A stretch of DNA of 63,593 nucleotides, the filler included, from Octopus bimaculoides (lineage: Eukaryota), in NCBI RefSeq assembly GCF_001194135.2. It is 4 parts of 4 records of this genome, joined end to end, with 100 filler letters (N's around TTAATTAATTAA, not from the genome) between each part and the next. Parts side by side here need not be neighbours in the genome. Positions count along the whole stretch, not along the records: positions 16,956 to 41,096 come from NC_068986.1; 3 more parts are not named here. One strand, written 5' to 3'. The notes below the pieces were generated by a model that was given only the letters and a program-made list of their open reading frames with translations, was not told where the DNA came from and did not search any database. How positions within the stretch are numbered: position 1 is the stretch's first letter; each line of letters begins with the position of its first letter. Position numbers and translations under genes: made by a program. Of the stretch, positions 27,421 to 40,330 are shown piece by piece.

Positions 27421-28260
27421 AAAACTACGAAAAATATTATTAAACGACTGATTTATGTGAAATGCATGTAAAACTTGGGAGTATGTGTGCACTTAGCAAA
27501 TACATGTTTAGTCTCGCTGTAAAAAAAACCCACAGGTTTTTCTCTAAGTGACCAAGAACATGTAGTTTATAACTTTTTAGAGTATATGCAGACTCGGAGA
27601 GAACCAAAAAGGAAAGATTTGGTAAAGGAAATTCATTAACAAATAGAAGTACTAAACATCGTTGGAATAAATAGGAATGTAAAGTAACCTTACGAGCACG
27701 AGTGTGAATTTTAGTAAACACACATTTAACTTCAATATGAAAAAGTAGACACCACGGAGTTTACTTTTTCATTTCGTGCTATGTGTAGAACACTAGTTCG
27801 TAAGATTACATTTCAACTGAACCCAATGTTGTGTAGTACTTGCAGTTCTTATGTATGTATGAATGTATTTATGTTTGTATGTATGTATGTATGCATGTAT
27901 GTATATTTGTATGCATGTATGTATGTATGTGTATTCATATATGCGTATATATATATACATACACATATATATATATATATATNNNNNNNNNNNNNNNNNN
28001 NNNNNNNNNNNNNNNNNNNNNNNNNNNNNNNNNNNNNNNNNNNNNNNNNNNNNNNNNNNNNNNNNNNNNNNNNNNNNNNNNNNNNNNNNNNNNNNNNNNN
28101 NNNNNNNNNNNNNNNNNNNNNNNNNNNNNNNNNNNNNNNNNNNNNNNNNNNNNNNNNNNNNNNNNNNNNNNNNNNNNNNNNNNNNNNNNNNNNNNNNNNN
28201 NNNNNNNNNNNNNNNNNNNNNNNNNNNNNNNNNNNNNNNNNNNNNNNNNNNNNNNNNNNN

Positions 28261-28315
<55 letters not shown>

Positions 28316-28424
28316 CATACATATATATATATATATGCTCGTGTGGTTATATAATATGCGTGTGTATGCATGTGTGCGTGTGTGTGTGTGCTTGCAATAA
28401 TAAAATGTTAAAGTGTGTTTAGAG

Positions 28425-28685
28425 TCCCATTAGACTGCGGTTTATCCCGGGTTTCATGGTATTTAAGCTGGAGACTACAACCCCCATTCCCTGAACGCAA
28501 TACCAGACTGTCACAGGCTTATTTCACCCACTGTCACTTGGTGCTTATTTTCAGCTCAGTCAACAGGTGTAATGTGAAATAAAAATGATGTGTTTTGCTG
28601 AAGGACACAACGGATCGACCATCGAGGGATCGAATTCCCGAACCTCATGGTTATACGACCACAACACTAATCACAAGTCTTACGT
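28425..28685 (-). mobile_element. Old tRNA-derived SINE (family D)
   Basis: Reverse complement begins with tRNA-like ACCATGAGGTTCGGGAATTCGATCCC followed by GTTGTGTCCTTCAGCAAAACAC, a common post-tRNA SINE segment. Confidence 0.55.
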
Positions 28686-29094
28686 GACTTCTGTCAAGCA
28701 TATATGTATGTGTGTGTGTGTGTGTGTGTTGCACGCGCGTGCTTTTAGATGTGTGCCCACATATTCTAGAGTATATGTGTGTGTGTGTTTGTTTTCTTGC
28801 CCGTCTGATTCAGTGTGTAATCTTCAGGAATTTTGTAAACGTGCATCAACTATTCGACAGATTGAGCTTAATTTCTTTCATAATTTGCAAGGTCTAGTTT
28901 TATCGGACAGTACATGGACAGAGGCGCTGCAATGACAAAATACATATCCGCTGCACCAACTGTTGTTGCTGTTATTATATCAGCAGCGGACACTTGATGC
29001 TGTAAAACTGTGCATGCGATACGACTGCAGGCAAACATAAAATCACTATCTTTCCACAATGCAAGCCTTAGCAATGAGTCATATAAATTGAGCT

Positions 29095-29135
29095 GGTCGT
29101 GGTTGTGATTGTAATGATGATGGTGGTGTTGGTGA

Positions 29136-29196
<61 letters not shown>

Positions 29197-29279
29197 TGGG
29201 GTGAGAATAATGCTATACTAGCGGTTATACTAATAATCTAAAGAAAGCGATGGAGTTAATGATGGTCAGAAGGCTTGAT

Positions 29280-29324
<45 letters not shown>

Positions 29325-29380
29325 ACAGTAACAGCAGAAGTGGCAGTAGTGGTGGTTGCAGTAGTGGTGGTGGTGGCAGT
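29095..29380. repeat. (GTA)n/(GTG)n microsatellites
   Basis: Direct. Confidence 0.95.
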
Positions 29381-29592
29381 AGTAGTTATTTTTCTTACTC
29401 ATTTTCCCAATACAATAGTATATGTGATCCAAAGGGAAAAGAGTTAAAAAGAGTAACTGAAAAATACAATGGCATTATATGCAGCAAATTGAATGAATAG
29501 GCAGGATAAAACTATTCATATACAATGTAATAAAGTAATAAAAAATAAGAATAACGAAACTCTCTCTTCCTCTCTCTCTCTCTCTCTCTCCG

Positions 29593-29634
<42 letters not shown>

Positions 29635-30319
29635 TATTTGGAAATTAATTGTCCTAATTTCTATACTGAATAGATCTGAGAAAATAATGAGGCCGATTGA
29701 CCTAATAGGACACTTAATTTCAAGTCAAATCCTCTGAATATGCACACTAGCCCATCTTTTATCCAGACTTAGTGCATCCAGAACTAACATAATCCAATAT
29801 TTCTTACTCTTTAAGTCACTAGGGTATGAGTTTCTCCAAACTCACTTCTTCTCAGGCTATAACTTTAAAACTTACTCAATTAGAAGTAAAAATATACAAC
29901 CTGGTTAAAGATGTTGGTTTAAAAACAGTTGTTCAGAAATGTTCTCTCACTAATACCAGTTTATTTTATTTTATTCCAGTCTCAAATAACTATAACAGAT
30001 TTGTTCTGCTTTTATTGAGCAGATTAGTATGAGAACGCCCACTTATATTCCTTATGTTTGAAAGTATAAATACACTTTGCACCAAAACTATTTTTTAAAA
30101 TCTGCCCCTTATACGGATGGTATTTTGTATTGTTTTCGTAATAACTTTATCTTTTGTAAAAAGCTAATATTCTATTTCATTCTGGAACATCTGCTGGTCA
30201 AACGATTAATACTTCCCACTGATATGTAGCATAATCGGCATTTAAGATCACATCTAGGGGCTTTTATGGTTTCCACTGTCGTTTTTATTCAACAACTAGC
30301 AAAAGAATCATGTAAAAAA

Positions 30320-30600
30320 AATCGCTGAAAACAATCGCAGTAATGAAAATAGGAATCAAAAATATCAGGATTGCAGGTCCGGATTCCGCCCGGAATGTTT
30401 TTAATTTACTCACAGAGTTAGCCTTTAGATTATAAAAATTGTTATTGAACAAAAATATTTGTCACAAAAAGTCATGGAAAAATATTGCCGAACACAACCA
30501 CAATAATGAAAACTTGGGAATCCAAAATTTCAGGATTGTGGGTCCGGATTCGGCTCGGAATGTTTTCAATTTATTCATGGAGTCAGCCTGTTTCCAAAAT
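30320..30600. repeat. Diverged tandem duplication (~160-bp period)
   Basis: CAGGATTGCAGGTCCGGATTCCGCCCGGAATGTTTTTAATTTACTCACAGAGTTAGCC vs CAGGATTGTGGGTCCGGATTCGGCTCGGAATGTTTTCAATTTATTCATGGAGTCAGCC. Confidence 0.8.
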
Positions 30601-31300
30601 GGTACGACATGTTGGGCGATGGCCTCTAGGAGTANNNNNNNNNNNNNNNNNNNNNNNNNNNNNNNNNNNNNNNNNNNNNNNNNNNNNNNNNNNNNNNNNN
30701 NNNNNNNNNNNNNNNNNNNNNNNNNNNNNNNNNNNNNNNNNNNNNNNNNNNNNNNNNNNNNNNNNNNNNNNNNNNNNNNNNNNNNNNNNNNNNNNNNNNN
30801 NNNNNNNNNNNNNNNNNNNNNNNNNNNNNNNNNNNNNNNNNNNNNNNNNNNNNNNNNNNNNNNNNNNNNNNNNNNNNNNNNNNNNNNNNNNNNNNNNNNN
30901 NNNNNNNNNNNNNNNNNNNNNNNNNNNNNNNNNNNNNNNNNNNNNNNNNNNNNNNNNNNNNNNNNNNNNNNNNNNNNNNNNNNNNNNNNNNNNNNNNNNN
31001 NNNNNNNNNNNNNNNNNNNNNNNNNNNNNNNNTATATATATATATATATCTTAGAGAAAGCAATAAATAAAGCAAAACTGATAGTGATTAGTATGTTGGT
31101 TCAGCGTTCAGTATGTTGGCCACAGGAATTTCTGTCAAAGAGACATGGTTAAACAAAGCTGTACATCATCTCCCTCTTTCTCTCACATACCCACCCTTTC
31201 TTTCTCTCTAATTATTACTCGCACTGCCGCCATCAACACTACTACTTTTAATAAAACATTATCAACACTCCCTAAATTTCTTTGTCTCTCTCACTTTTCT

Positions 31301-31334
<34 letters not shown>

Positions 31335-31559
31335 TGTTTGCCACCGCCCTCACCGTCTCTATGCCTACTACTACTGTCACTCCAGCACGAGGAATAGTAG
31401 AAGTGTCACTGAATAGGGAGAGAGGGGATCAAAGTGAGACACACTGACACACAGAAATCAGTTTTCGCATATATTATATTAGATTGCCTATCTTTTGTGC
31501 TTAGATTGCAAAAATGAAAAAAAATATTATCTTCTAAATGTGACATAATTTAAGGATAC

Positions 31560-32230
31560 GAGTCCAAGAATAGCATACTTCTTAAAACAATTGATATGAT
31601 TCTCAAGTTTCCTACGAACATACTTGGACTATGTAGAATGTTTCTTGAAGCATGTTTGACATATAGTTTTGAGACCGAACGCAATATCTTCACACCCGAT
31701 CAGAAATGTGTTGTTTTCTTCACTTTGGAAGAAATGGTTAATGTATGATTTTACTGTTGTCTTTGATTTGATGCTATCTGAGTGATATCACGCAACACCC
31801 GGGGACTATTTGGATTAATCTGAAGTCTTTTCCTCCATTTTCATCTCCTGAGATACAGACCATTGATATCGCAATTTCTGTGGAATCTTCTATCTAACAT
31901 CAGGATCGTGCAAGCCTTAACAGCAATGAGACCTCTTCTACATTTCTGTCAAATATCCCAGTTGTTGGTATCATTACTGGCATAGAAATGTGTTGTGGAA
32001 TATTGACTTCTAAGAGAAAAGTTCTGTCTGCCATATGTTTTGAAGCCTGATCATCCTATTTTTGTTCGTTTCATCTTGGTATGCTACATTTTCACCAATA
32101 GCTAGGTATTTGTAGTATTCTCGGTGCGAAACAAGGATGATCATTGATATCAACTTTTTTCTATTGTAAAGAATGATTTTCCCGCGTAACATAATGAGAA
32201 TGTTATTAAATCAACTGTTTTTGCACCATT
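31560..32230 (-). mobile_element. Degenerate R4/Dong-like RT-thumb fragment, same subfamily as 13400-15600
   Basis: ORF 32010-32192 contains RGKII...YYKYLAIGENVAYQDETNKNRM, homologous to YKYLSVDENIYYNGTCSKIRV near 14650. Confidence 0.6.
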
Positions 32231-32960
32231 ATCGTTGTTTCTATTGGCAAGCAATTTATGAATTACATTAACATTTCTTCCGATTGTAGACCCTAAGAAT
32301 ATAAAGAAAATTATTGGATATTGTGTCAAATAAATAGAACAGCAGGATTTCTGGCTGGAATATTCATTTCAGTTTATCTATAACAAGTGAGAATTTTCGT
32401 TGTGTTGCCTGTTCAACTACTAGGGCGACAGGTGCGATTATGAATAGGGAAAGAAATCGAACAGCTTTTATAATAAAGTTATATTTACACATTCTTTTTT
32501 ATAGTGCCTTAATTTCACATCAGCTTTATTAATTAAAATGTTGTTCAGTACAGCTCTACCTACACTTCGTTCTTTCTGCGTACCTTACACTCTTTTGTTG
32601 GAATTGCAAATAACCTTCGAAAAATTGCTTTAAATAGCTGGTGCACGGCTTATACATATTGTTTAACCAAGCACTAAATCTTCAGTTTTCTGAAAATTAG
32701 AATTTTCGTTCTAGGGTACAAAATATTCCTGTCATACAAGCCGGTTTGGTATTTTAATTTGGTCTTCCATAGATCCGGTAATCATACACGTGAGTAACTT
32801 TGTGTAGAATGTAACAGTCTTGTAGCAATCACCAGCTGTCACTTCAATTTTTCTGGAGTTGTTTCATTGTGCAGCTTAGTTTTAGTGAAAGTTTTAGAGA
32901 TAATAGTGCAAGCTTAGCCTTTGCTATTGGTCAATAAATATCCATATACATACATGAAAA

Positions 32961-33008
<48 letters not shown>

Positions 33009-33012
<4 letters not shown>

Positions 33013-33159
33013 GACGGGCTTCTCTCAGTTCCCGTCTACCAAATGCTCATAAGACTTTCGTCGGTCCGGGGCTTTCGTAGAAGACACTTGCCGAAGGTGA
33101 CACGCAGTGGGACTAAACCGAAGACCATGTGGCTGGAAAGCAAGTTTCTTACCACACAG
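33009..33159 (-). mobile_element. SINE family A, 5' half
   Basis: ATACGACGGGCTTCTCTCAGTTCCCGTCTACCAAAT...GAAGACACTTGCCGAAGGTG...CTTACCACACAG. Confidence 0.88.
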
Positions 33160-33942
33160 ATACTTCTAAGTATATGTACACACATACCTACATATATATG
33201 CACACACACATATATATATATATTATGTGTATTCCGCTAGGAACGTATTAGAGTACAAAGTAGTTCACCCTTATAATTACCAACTATCCAGTGGTATTAC
33301 GGTATACTTCCAAGTCTAGGTTTAGGCATTCATCGTGTGAGACAGCTATTTAATAAACTCTACACGTGTAGTGTTTATGAAATAGCTGTCTAAACGTAGT
33401 CATTTATTCAGTTATATCTATCTATCTATCTATCTATTTATCTATCTATCTATCTGTCTATATATATGTGTGTGTGTGTGTGCATGTGTATACACATACA
33501 TACATACATACATACATACATACACTCACAAACACACACACGGGTATATACATATATGCTTATATTTATAGTTTCTGCCCTCTTAGCTGAAATCCTACCG
33601 TGGTCAATGTTGCCTTACATCCTTTCGTAGTCGATTACTATGGGCCAATTCTGTGCAGTGGAGAATGCAGAACGGTTAAATTATTGTACTGTACGTCCTA
33701 CTATATTTGTTCCAGCTTTCTGTTTTCTTTTAATTTTTAACTCCTACCGTGGCCTACATGGTTAACAGACTCCTTCTTCCTCCAGGCTTAATTCTACAAC
33801 TTGACACTTTGGGTGCCTTTACCGAAGTTCACTCAGTGGCAAGCATCCACGTTAGGCTTCCGGTTTAAGGATTCCTACGTTGCTTCCTGCCACCAGTCTC
33901 GGAGGCCTCCTGCAACATTATGTCCAATGCTTTCTCTCCTGA

Positions 33943-33992
<50 letters not shown>

Positions 33993-34739
33993 NNNNNNNN
34001 NNNNNNNNNNNNNNNNNNNNNNNNNNNNNNNNNNNNNNNNNNNNNNNNNNNNNNNNNNNNNNNNNNNNNNNNNNNNNNNNNNNNNNNNNNNNNNNNNNNN
34101 NNNNNNNNNNNNNNNNNNNNNNNNNNNNNNNNNNNNNNNNNNNNNNNNNNNNNNNNNNNNNNNNNNNNNNNNNNNNNNNNNNNNNNNNNNNNNNNNNNNN
34201 NNNNNNNNNNNNNNNNNNNNNNNNNNNNNNNNNNNNNNNNNNNNNNNNNNNNNNNNNNNNNNNNNNNNNNNNNNNNNNNNNNNNNNNNNNNNNNNNNNNN
34301 NNNNNNNNNNNNNNNNNNNNNNNNNNNNNNNNNNNNNNNNNNNNNNNNNNNNNNNNNNNNNNNNNNNNNNNNNNNNNNNNNNNNNNNNNNNNNNNNNNNN
34401 NNNNNNNNNNNNNNNNNNNNNNNNNNNNNNNNNNNNNNNNNNNNNNNNNNNNNNNNNNNNNNNNNNNNNNNNNNNNNNNNNNNNNNNNNNNNNNNNNNNN
34501 NNNNNNNNNNNNNNNNNNNNNNNNNNNNNNNNNNNNNNNNNNNNNNNNNNNNNNNNNNNNNNNNNNNNNNNNNNNNNNNNNNNNNNNNNNNNNNNNNNNN
34601 NNNNNNNNNNNNNNNNNNNNNNNNNNNNNNNNNNNNNNNNNNNNNNNNNNNNNNNNNNNNNNNNNNNNNNNNNNNNNNNNNNNNNNNNNTATATATGTTT
34701 ATATATACATATATATACATATACATATATATGTGTATG

Positions 34740-34773
<34 letters not shown>

Positions 34774-35935
34774 TGTATATACATGTGTATGTTTGTATGT
34801 ATGTCATGTATTCAAGGCTCAGATGAAGCTATAGGATGTTGTCCGGGTACTGAACTAAGTGTCCATTGCATCTTATAGCAGAAACAACAGTAAGCTACTG
34901 AAGTTCATTACCTAATCTTTGTTTTTTTTCCGGGGTCATCACTTTTTTTTCTTATTATCACTCTTTACTCGTCTAACATTATTGTTCTATAACATACGCA
35001 TATTGAGTTCTACACCAGACAATTAGACTTGCTATGCCTCAATTGGTAGATGTCCATTAAATTTGAAATCTTAATTGTTGATATGACATGGTATGTCATA
35101 AGTGTCTGTATATTGTCTTTATTTTCATTTTGGTTATAAAATAAACAGATTGATCAACAGAATACAGTGTCTGCAAGTTGATGAGTACCTCATATTCCCC
35201 TCCATTTTCTTATTTCTCTCTCTCTCTCTCTNNNNNNNNNNNNNNNNNNNNNNNNNNNNNNNNNNNNNNNNNNNNNNNNNNNNNNNNNNNNNNNNNNNNN
35301 NNNNNNNNNNNNNNNNNNNNNNNNNNNNNNNNNNNNNNNNNNNNNNNNNNNNNNNNNNNNNNNNNNNNNNNNNNNNNNNNNNNNNNNNNNNNNNNNNNNN
35401 NNNNNNNNNNNNNNNNNNNNNNNNNNNNNNNNNNNNNNNNNNNNNNNNNNNNNNNNNNNNNNNNNNNNNNNNNNNNNNNNNNNNNNNNNNNNNNNNNNNN
35501 NNNNNNNNNNNNNNNNNNNNNNNNNNNNNNNNNNNNNNNNNNNNNNNNNNNNNNNNNNNNNNNNNNNNNNNNNNNNNNNNNNNNNNNNNNNNNNNNNNNN
35601 NNNNNNNNNNNNNNNNNNNNNNNNNNNNNNNNNNNNNNNNNNNNNNNNNNNNNNNNNNNNNNNNNNNNNNNNNNNNNNNNNNNNNNNNNNNNNNNNNNNN
35701 NNNNNNNNNNNNNNNNNNNNNNNNNNNNNNNNNNNNNNNNNNNNNNNNNNNNNNNNNNNNNNNNNNNNNACGCTTACGTATATGTCTGTGTGTGCGGAGA
35801 AGTGTGCGCGTGTGTGTGTGTGTGTGTGTCTGCTTGCGTACGCATCTTTTCTGGAACAAGATAAAGCATTCAGAGAAAGGAAAAAGGAATAACTATGAGA
35901 GAGGCATTGCTTGGGGAAAAGAAATATTAGCAAAC

Positions 35936-35976
<41 letters not shown>

Positions 35977-37635
35977 AGAGGAGGAAGGAAGGAGTGAAAA
36001 CGACGAGCTGCGATAATTACAGACTATTAGATAAAAATCAAAGAAACGGAAAAAGAAAGAAAGGAAAGGTATTGGAAAAGAAGTAGGAGTTATATTTGAA
36101 AACGGAGTCACGAACGAACAAACCAGCATATGGCTAAGGTAAAAAGAGGAGCAGGGACAGGAGAATTAGCAGGTATGATTATAGGAAGGAGGGCAGCAGC
36201 ACTTGTGTGGGAGTGTTTCTCAACGTGTTTATTTGTTTGTCTGTCTGTCGTTCTATTGATGTATGCAATTATGTGTCAGCTGAGTAAAAAGTTCATTGAT
36301 AAATCTCCTAGGGCTTCTCGTGCGTTCCAAGCGTTTCTACCCACACGCACACATTACACTCAGTCAACAAGGAGAAGATCACTATGTCATCGCACAACAT
36401 GCTAGAAATAGCAGTCAAATCTTTCTCAACCATACTCTATTGTCTTTTATATTTAAACATTATTTTTTAAAGATAATTACTATGTTGGTTGAACATCGGC
36501 ATCATCGGTCATCGGTTTCCTAGTTCACTATATTTTTGATGATGAGAATAACAAGGGAGTGTGTAACTCAATGCTGATCAAATATCTAACAGGTTTTCGT
36601 TCATAAAGCACCAGATTTTCGATTTGCTCACCCATATTTATATCTTTCTATCTCCAAGTATAAACGAAAGATACACACATTTGCATTTGCTCATAGTTTG
36701 TATGCATTGCTGCAATGGTTAAAATAAAGAACTGAAACAGAGCATATGAGTGTGTGTATGTGTGCGTATGTGTGTATGTATGTGCTTGTGTGAGTGCTAG
36801 TGTGTGTGTGTGTGTGTGTGTGTGCATAAAAAAAGATACAAACAAAAGGAAAGAACTGAATACTAGTTTATAGTAGAATATATTATTTTGATAAGGACTA
36901 CACAAACACGCAGCTTATCAACAGATATATCAATACGCGCGCACACGCACACATACGCACGTACGTACATATATATACACACACACACACACACATACAT
37001 ACACACACGTATATGTGCGTGTGCGTTTCTCTGCTTGTGTGTGTGTGTGTGTGTGTGTGTGTGACCGTTGGACTTCGACACACTCTCCTCCAACTTAATT
37101 TCATTCCTATATTATTACTCAAATCGAGGATTTTATTGAGAACAAGTGCCCAAGGCTACCTTCTGTGGGACCCAACCAGAAATGACATATATGCAAAGAA
37201 AACCTACGCGTAAGGAAACTGACTAATGTTAACTTTTAATCGTTTGTAGGCTAGTTCAATCCCAACCGAGTTCTATCATTGTAATGCTGTGCATTATACA
37301 TTAGGTGAGCTCATGGATAAAATATCTGAAAATATCTCGTGTTTTTAGTCATTCAAGGCATATTACACTAACATAAAAATTTAGAATTCGCTATTTAGAA
37401 ATGTCGATATTGATACGACCACAAGAGTAGTAAAATGTCAGAAACATACAGTAGTAGATTAGCAGACTAAATGAGGTTCTGGGTTGATCCGAATGTGTGA
37501 CATGCTGGGCAGGTAACTTACTTCAGATCAACATATGAAGTTTGAGTGAATCTGACTAATCGGAAGCTGTTTGGAATATACATTAGCTACATTATTTACG
37601 TTTTGACGGATTTTGTCCCCATCTTGTTTGTTGTT

Positions 37636-37681
37636 AACACAACGTTTCGGCTGATATATCCTCCAGCCTTCATCAGATGTC
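37636..37681 (-). ncRNA. Minimal type I hammerhead (family 2)
   Basis: GACAT-CTGATGA-A-GGCTG(GAGGATATAT)CAGCC-GAAA-CGTT-GTGTT on the minus strand. Confidence 0.75.
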
Positions 37682-37739
37682 TTGGGGAAGTTTCGAACCT
37701 GGGTTCTCATTCCTAAGGTATTTTTCGATGTTGTTGTTG

Positions 37740-37808
<69 letters not shown>

Positions 37809-37813
37809 TGGTC

Positions 37814-37880
37814 GGCGTAGTGGTTAAGAGCGCGGGCTACTAACCCCAAGATTCCGAGTTCGATTCCAGGCAGTGACCTG
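37814..37880 (+). promoter_or_regulatory. tRNA-derived Pol III internal promoter (tRNA-Ser-like, not a functional tRNA)
   Basis: A-box-like GGCGTAGTGG, anticodon-like hairpin GGG-CTACTAA-CCC and B box GTTCGATTCC; T stem and acceptor stem imperfect. Confidence 0.75.
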
Positions 37881-37976
37881 AATAATAATAATAATAATAA
37901 TAAAAACAACAACAACAACAATGACAACATCGAAAAATACCTTTGGAATGAGAACCCTGGTTCGAAACTTGCCCAA

Positions 37977-38022
37977 GACACCTGATGAAGACTGGAGGGT
38001 ATATCAGCCGAAACGTTGTGTT
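37977..38022 (+). ncRNA. Minimal type I hammerhead (family 2)
   Basis: GACAC-CTGATGA-A-GACTG(loop)CAGCC-GAAA-CGTT-GTGTT; one stem II mismatch. Confidence 0.7.
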
Positions 38023-38164
38023 AACAACAAAAAAGATGAGGACAAAATCCGTCAAAATGTAAATAATGTAAATAATGTACACAAGTCCTCATCTCTTAAA
38101 TATAGAACTGAACTGTTTGGAATCCTATCAGTTAGACTCTATCTATAATTCAACTGTCTAACCT

Positions 38165-38270
38165 TATCATACTTGTGTCACTGTGTGAAGCTGATTCTAC
38201 TTGTGAATTATGTTAAGGGTACGCGGGTCAGTGGAACAGTCAGCCACTTGGGCACGGTAATTCAATAATT
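38165..38270 (+). mobile_element. 3' fragment of SINE family C
   Basis: Similar by eye to 48605-48690 (CCTT.TCA...TGTGTCAC...CAGTCA(G)CCACTTG). Confidence 0.5.
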
Positions 38271-38685
38271 CTGTGTGTTGCTGAGTTGATCGAAATGGAC
38301 GTTCTTACCACAAAATCAAGAAGAGAGTTCATTTTACATCTCTATCTTTCTATGTATGTACATATGTGTGTGTACATACGTACGTACGTTCATACATACA
38401 TACATACATACATACATACATACATACATAAATACATACATACATACATACATGTGCCTAAGCCCATGTGTATGCATGTCTACACACATACACGAATATT
38501 GTGTATTTGCTTCTTTTATATGTGTGTGCCTATGCAAATGAGTGCACTCACATTCCTATTTACTCAATAATGAACAAAAGAATTATTTAAACAAAAGAGC
38601 AGAAATATTTGAAATTTCTTGCTGTATGTCACTTTGTGTACTTGTGTGAGTGTCTATGAACTTGTGTCTGAATATGTGTGTATAA

Positions 38686-38721
<36 letters not shown>

Positions 38722-38722
38722 A

Positions 38723-38753
<31 letters not shown>

Positions 38754-39176
38754 AAAAGAGAGAGTATGTGTTTCTCTGTTTATGCTTGTACATATTGGGT
38801 ATAGTAAGTTTTTTTCTTTTCTCTCTAATTTATGAGGAAATTAAATCAATTCTATATAAAATATTTTCATTCAGCATGAAAAATGTGTTAGTGGTGCCAA
38901 GATTCCGTTATTCATGTGCAGAATATTTTAATTGCATAAAATTATACAGGCATCTGTGTAAATATGTCTTTTATTAAATAGCCATAAAGATCAGACTTAC
39001 GTCGACGTAGAAGATGTGAGTTTGTATCTCACGAACAAACTTCGACTTTTTTTTAACTTAACATTTACATGTTTTTATTTAAAGCTCTATCTGCTTCCAG
39101 TTTTACCGTTCTAAAACAGAATTATTTCAAGTTCCCTTGAAGTTTTGAAATTCTTACGACATCAACAACGTATGCG

Positions 39177-39201
39177 TATATATATGTGTATATATATATA
39201 T

Positions 39202-39285
<84 letters not shown>

Positions 39286-39320
39286 ATATATATATATATA
39301 CATATACATACACACATATA
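39177..39320. repeat. Long (TA)n microsatellite
   Basis: Direct. Confidence 0.95.
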
Positions 39321-39370
39321 CAGACGCACACACTCATTATATACGATCATTCTCTAGTACGTATATGTAC

Positions 39371-39404
<34 letters not shown>

Positions 39405-39464
39405 TCTATATATAAATTATATCTATATTAAGTAGGCATAGATACTACATCGATATAAATTATG

Positions 39465-39501
<37 letters not shown>

Positions 39502-39829
39502 CANNNNNNNNNNNNNNNNNNNNNNNNNNNNNNNNNNNNNNNNNNNNNNNNNNNNNNNNNNNNNNNNNNNNNNNNNNNNNNNNNNNNNNNNNNNNNNNNN
39601 NNNNNNNNNNNNNNNNNNNNNNNNNNNNNNNNNNNNNNNNNNNNNNNNNNNNNNNNNNNNNNNNNNNNNNNNNNNNNNNNNNNNNNNNNNNNNNNNNNNN
39701 NNNNNNNNNNNNNNNNNNNNNNNNNNNNNNNNNNNNNNNNNNNNNNNNNNNNNNNNNNNNNNNNNNNNNNNNNNNNNNNNNNNNNNNNNNNNNNNNNNNN
39801 NNNNNNNNNNNNNNNNNNNGGGACAAAAA

Positions 39830-40330
39830 CGTAATAGAGGACAATAAAACATTCGGACAGATAGACGATACAAAGGCAGGAGAAACAACAACTAGAAGGA
39901 CAGGCAAAAAAAAGACGTGTCATTCGTGGCCTTCTTTCCTCAGTCAAGTTACCAGAAGTCCTTACTGTTTCGAACAGTTACACTTGAGACAGTTCGATCT
40001 GGTTGACCCCAAAACAGTCTAAGCTAAGAGCATTAGAGTTTTTTGTAGGAAAGCTAGCGAATGGGCACGGCAACAAAGACAAAAAAAAAAACGGAGACCA
40101 TGGCACACAATTACAAATACAAACAACAAGAAAATAACAACAGGTGTCTTTCGAATGCAAACGAATCAAATTGAGCTGCTGGTGTATGAAGTGAAAGTCT
40201 AAAGGCAGAAACATAGGAGATGGGCATAAGTGGTGTTGGCGGTCGGCAGAAAGAAAGATGGTGGCTGGCCGGACATTGGTCACGCGGAAGGAAGAGAGAG
40301 GGGTAGGGGAAGCGGGATCAGTATAAATTA
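39830..40330 (-). repeat. Unclassified interspersed repeat, possibly a pLTR-like remnant
   Basis: GC-richer complex sequence with a pyrimidine-rich minus strand and a lone CTGAGGA; no complete motif, so this is inference only. Confidence 0.25.

Larger units (their letters stand above)
37579..38108. mobile_element. Inverted pair of Penelope-type terminal repeats (outward-facing hammerheads) around a tRNA-like head
   Basis: The minus arm 37579-37813 and plus arm 37814-38108 share CATCGAAAAATACC...GAGAACCC.GGTTCGAAAC...CAAGACA.CTGATGAAG.CTGGAGG.TATATCAGCCGAAACGTTGTGTTAACAAC; the same sequence terminates the GIY-YIG element at 52254-52516. Confidence 0.88.

Noticed and set aside
31120-31180. APE-endonuclease-like ISVKETWLN
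   Set aside because: Isolated 9-residue match with no flanking motifs.
37814-37880. Functional tRNA-Ser gene
   Set aside because: T stem and acceptor stem are mispaired, the long variable arm is missing, and the sequence is embedded in a repeated mobile unit.
39914-39947. CTGAGGA-containing hammerhead candidate on the minus strand
   Set aside because: GAAA is replaced by GAAT, there is no stem II, and stem I and the cleavage triplet do not pair convincingly.
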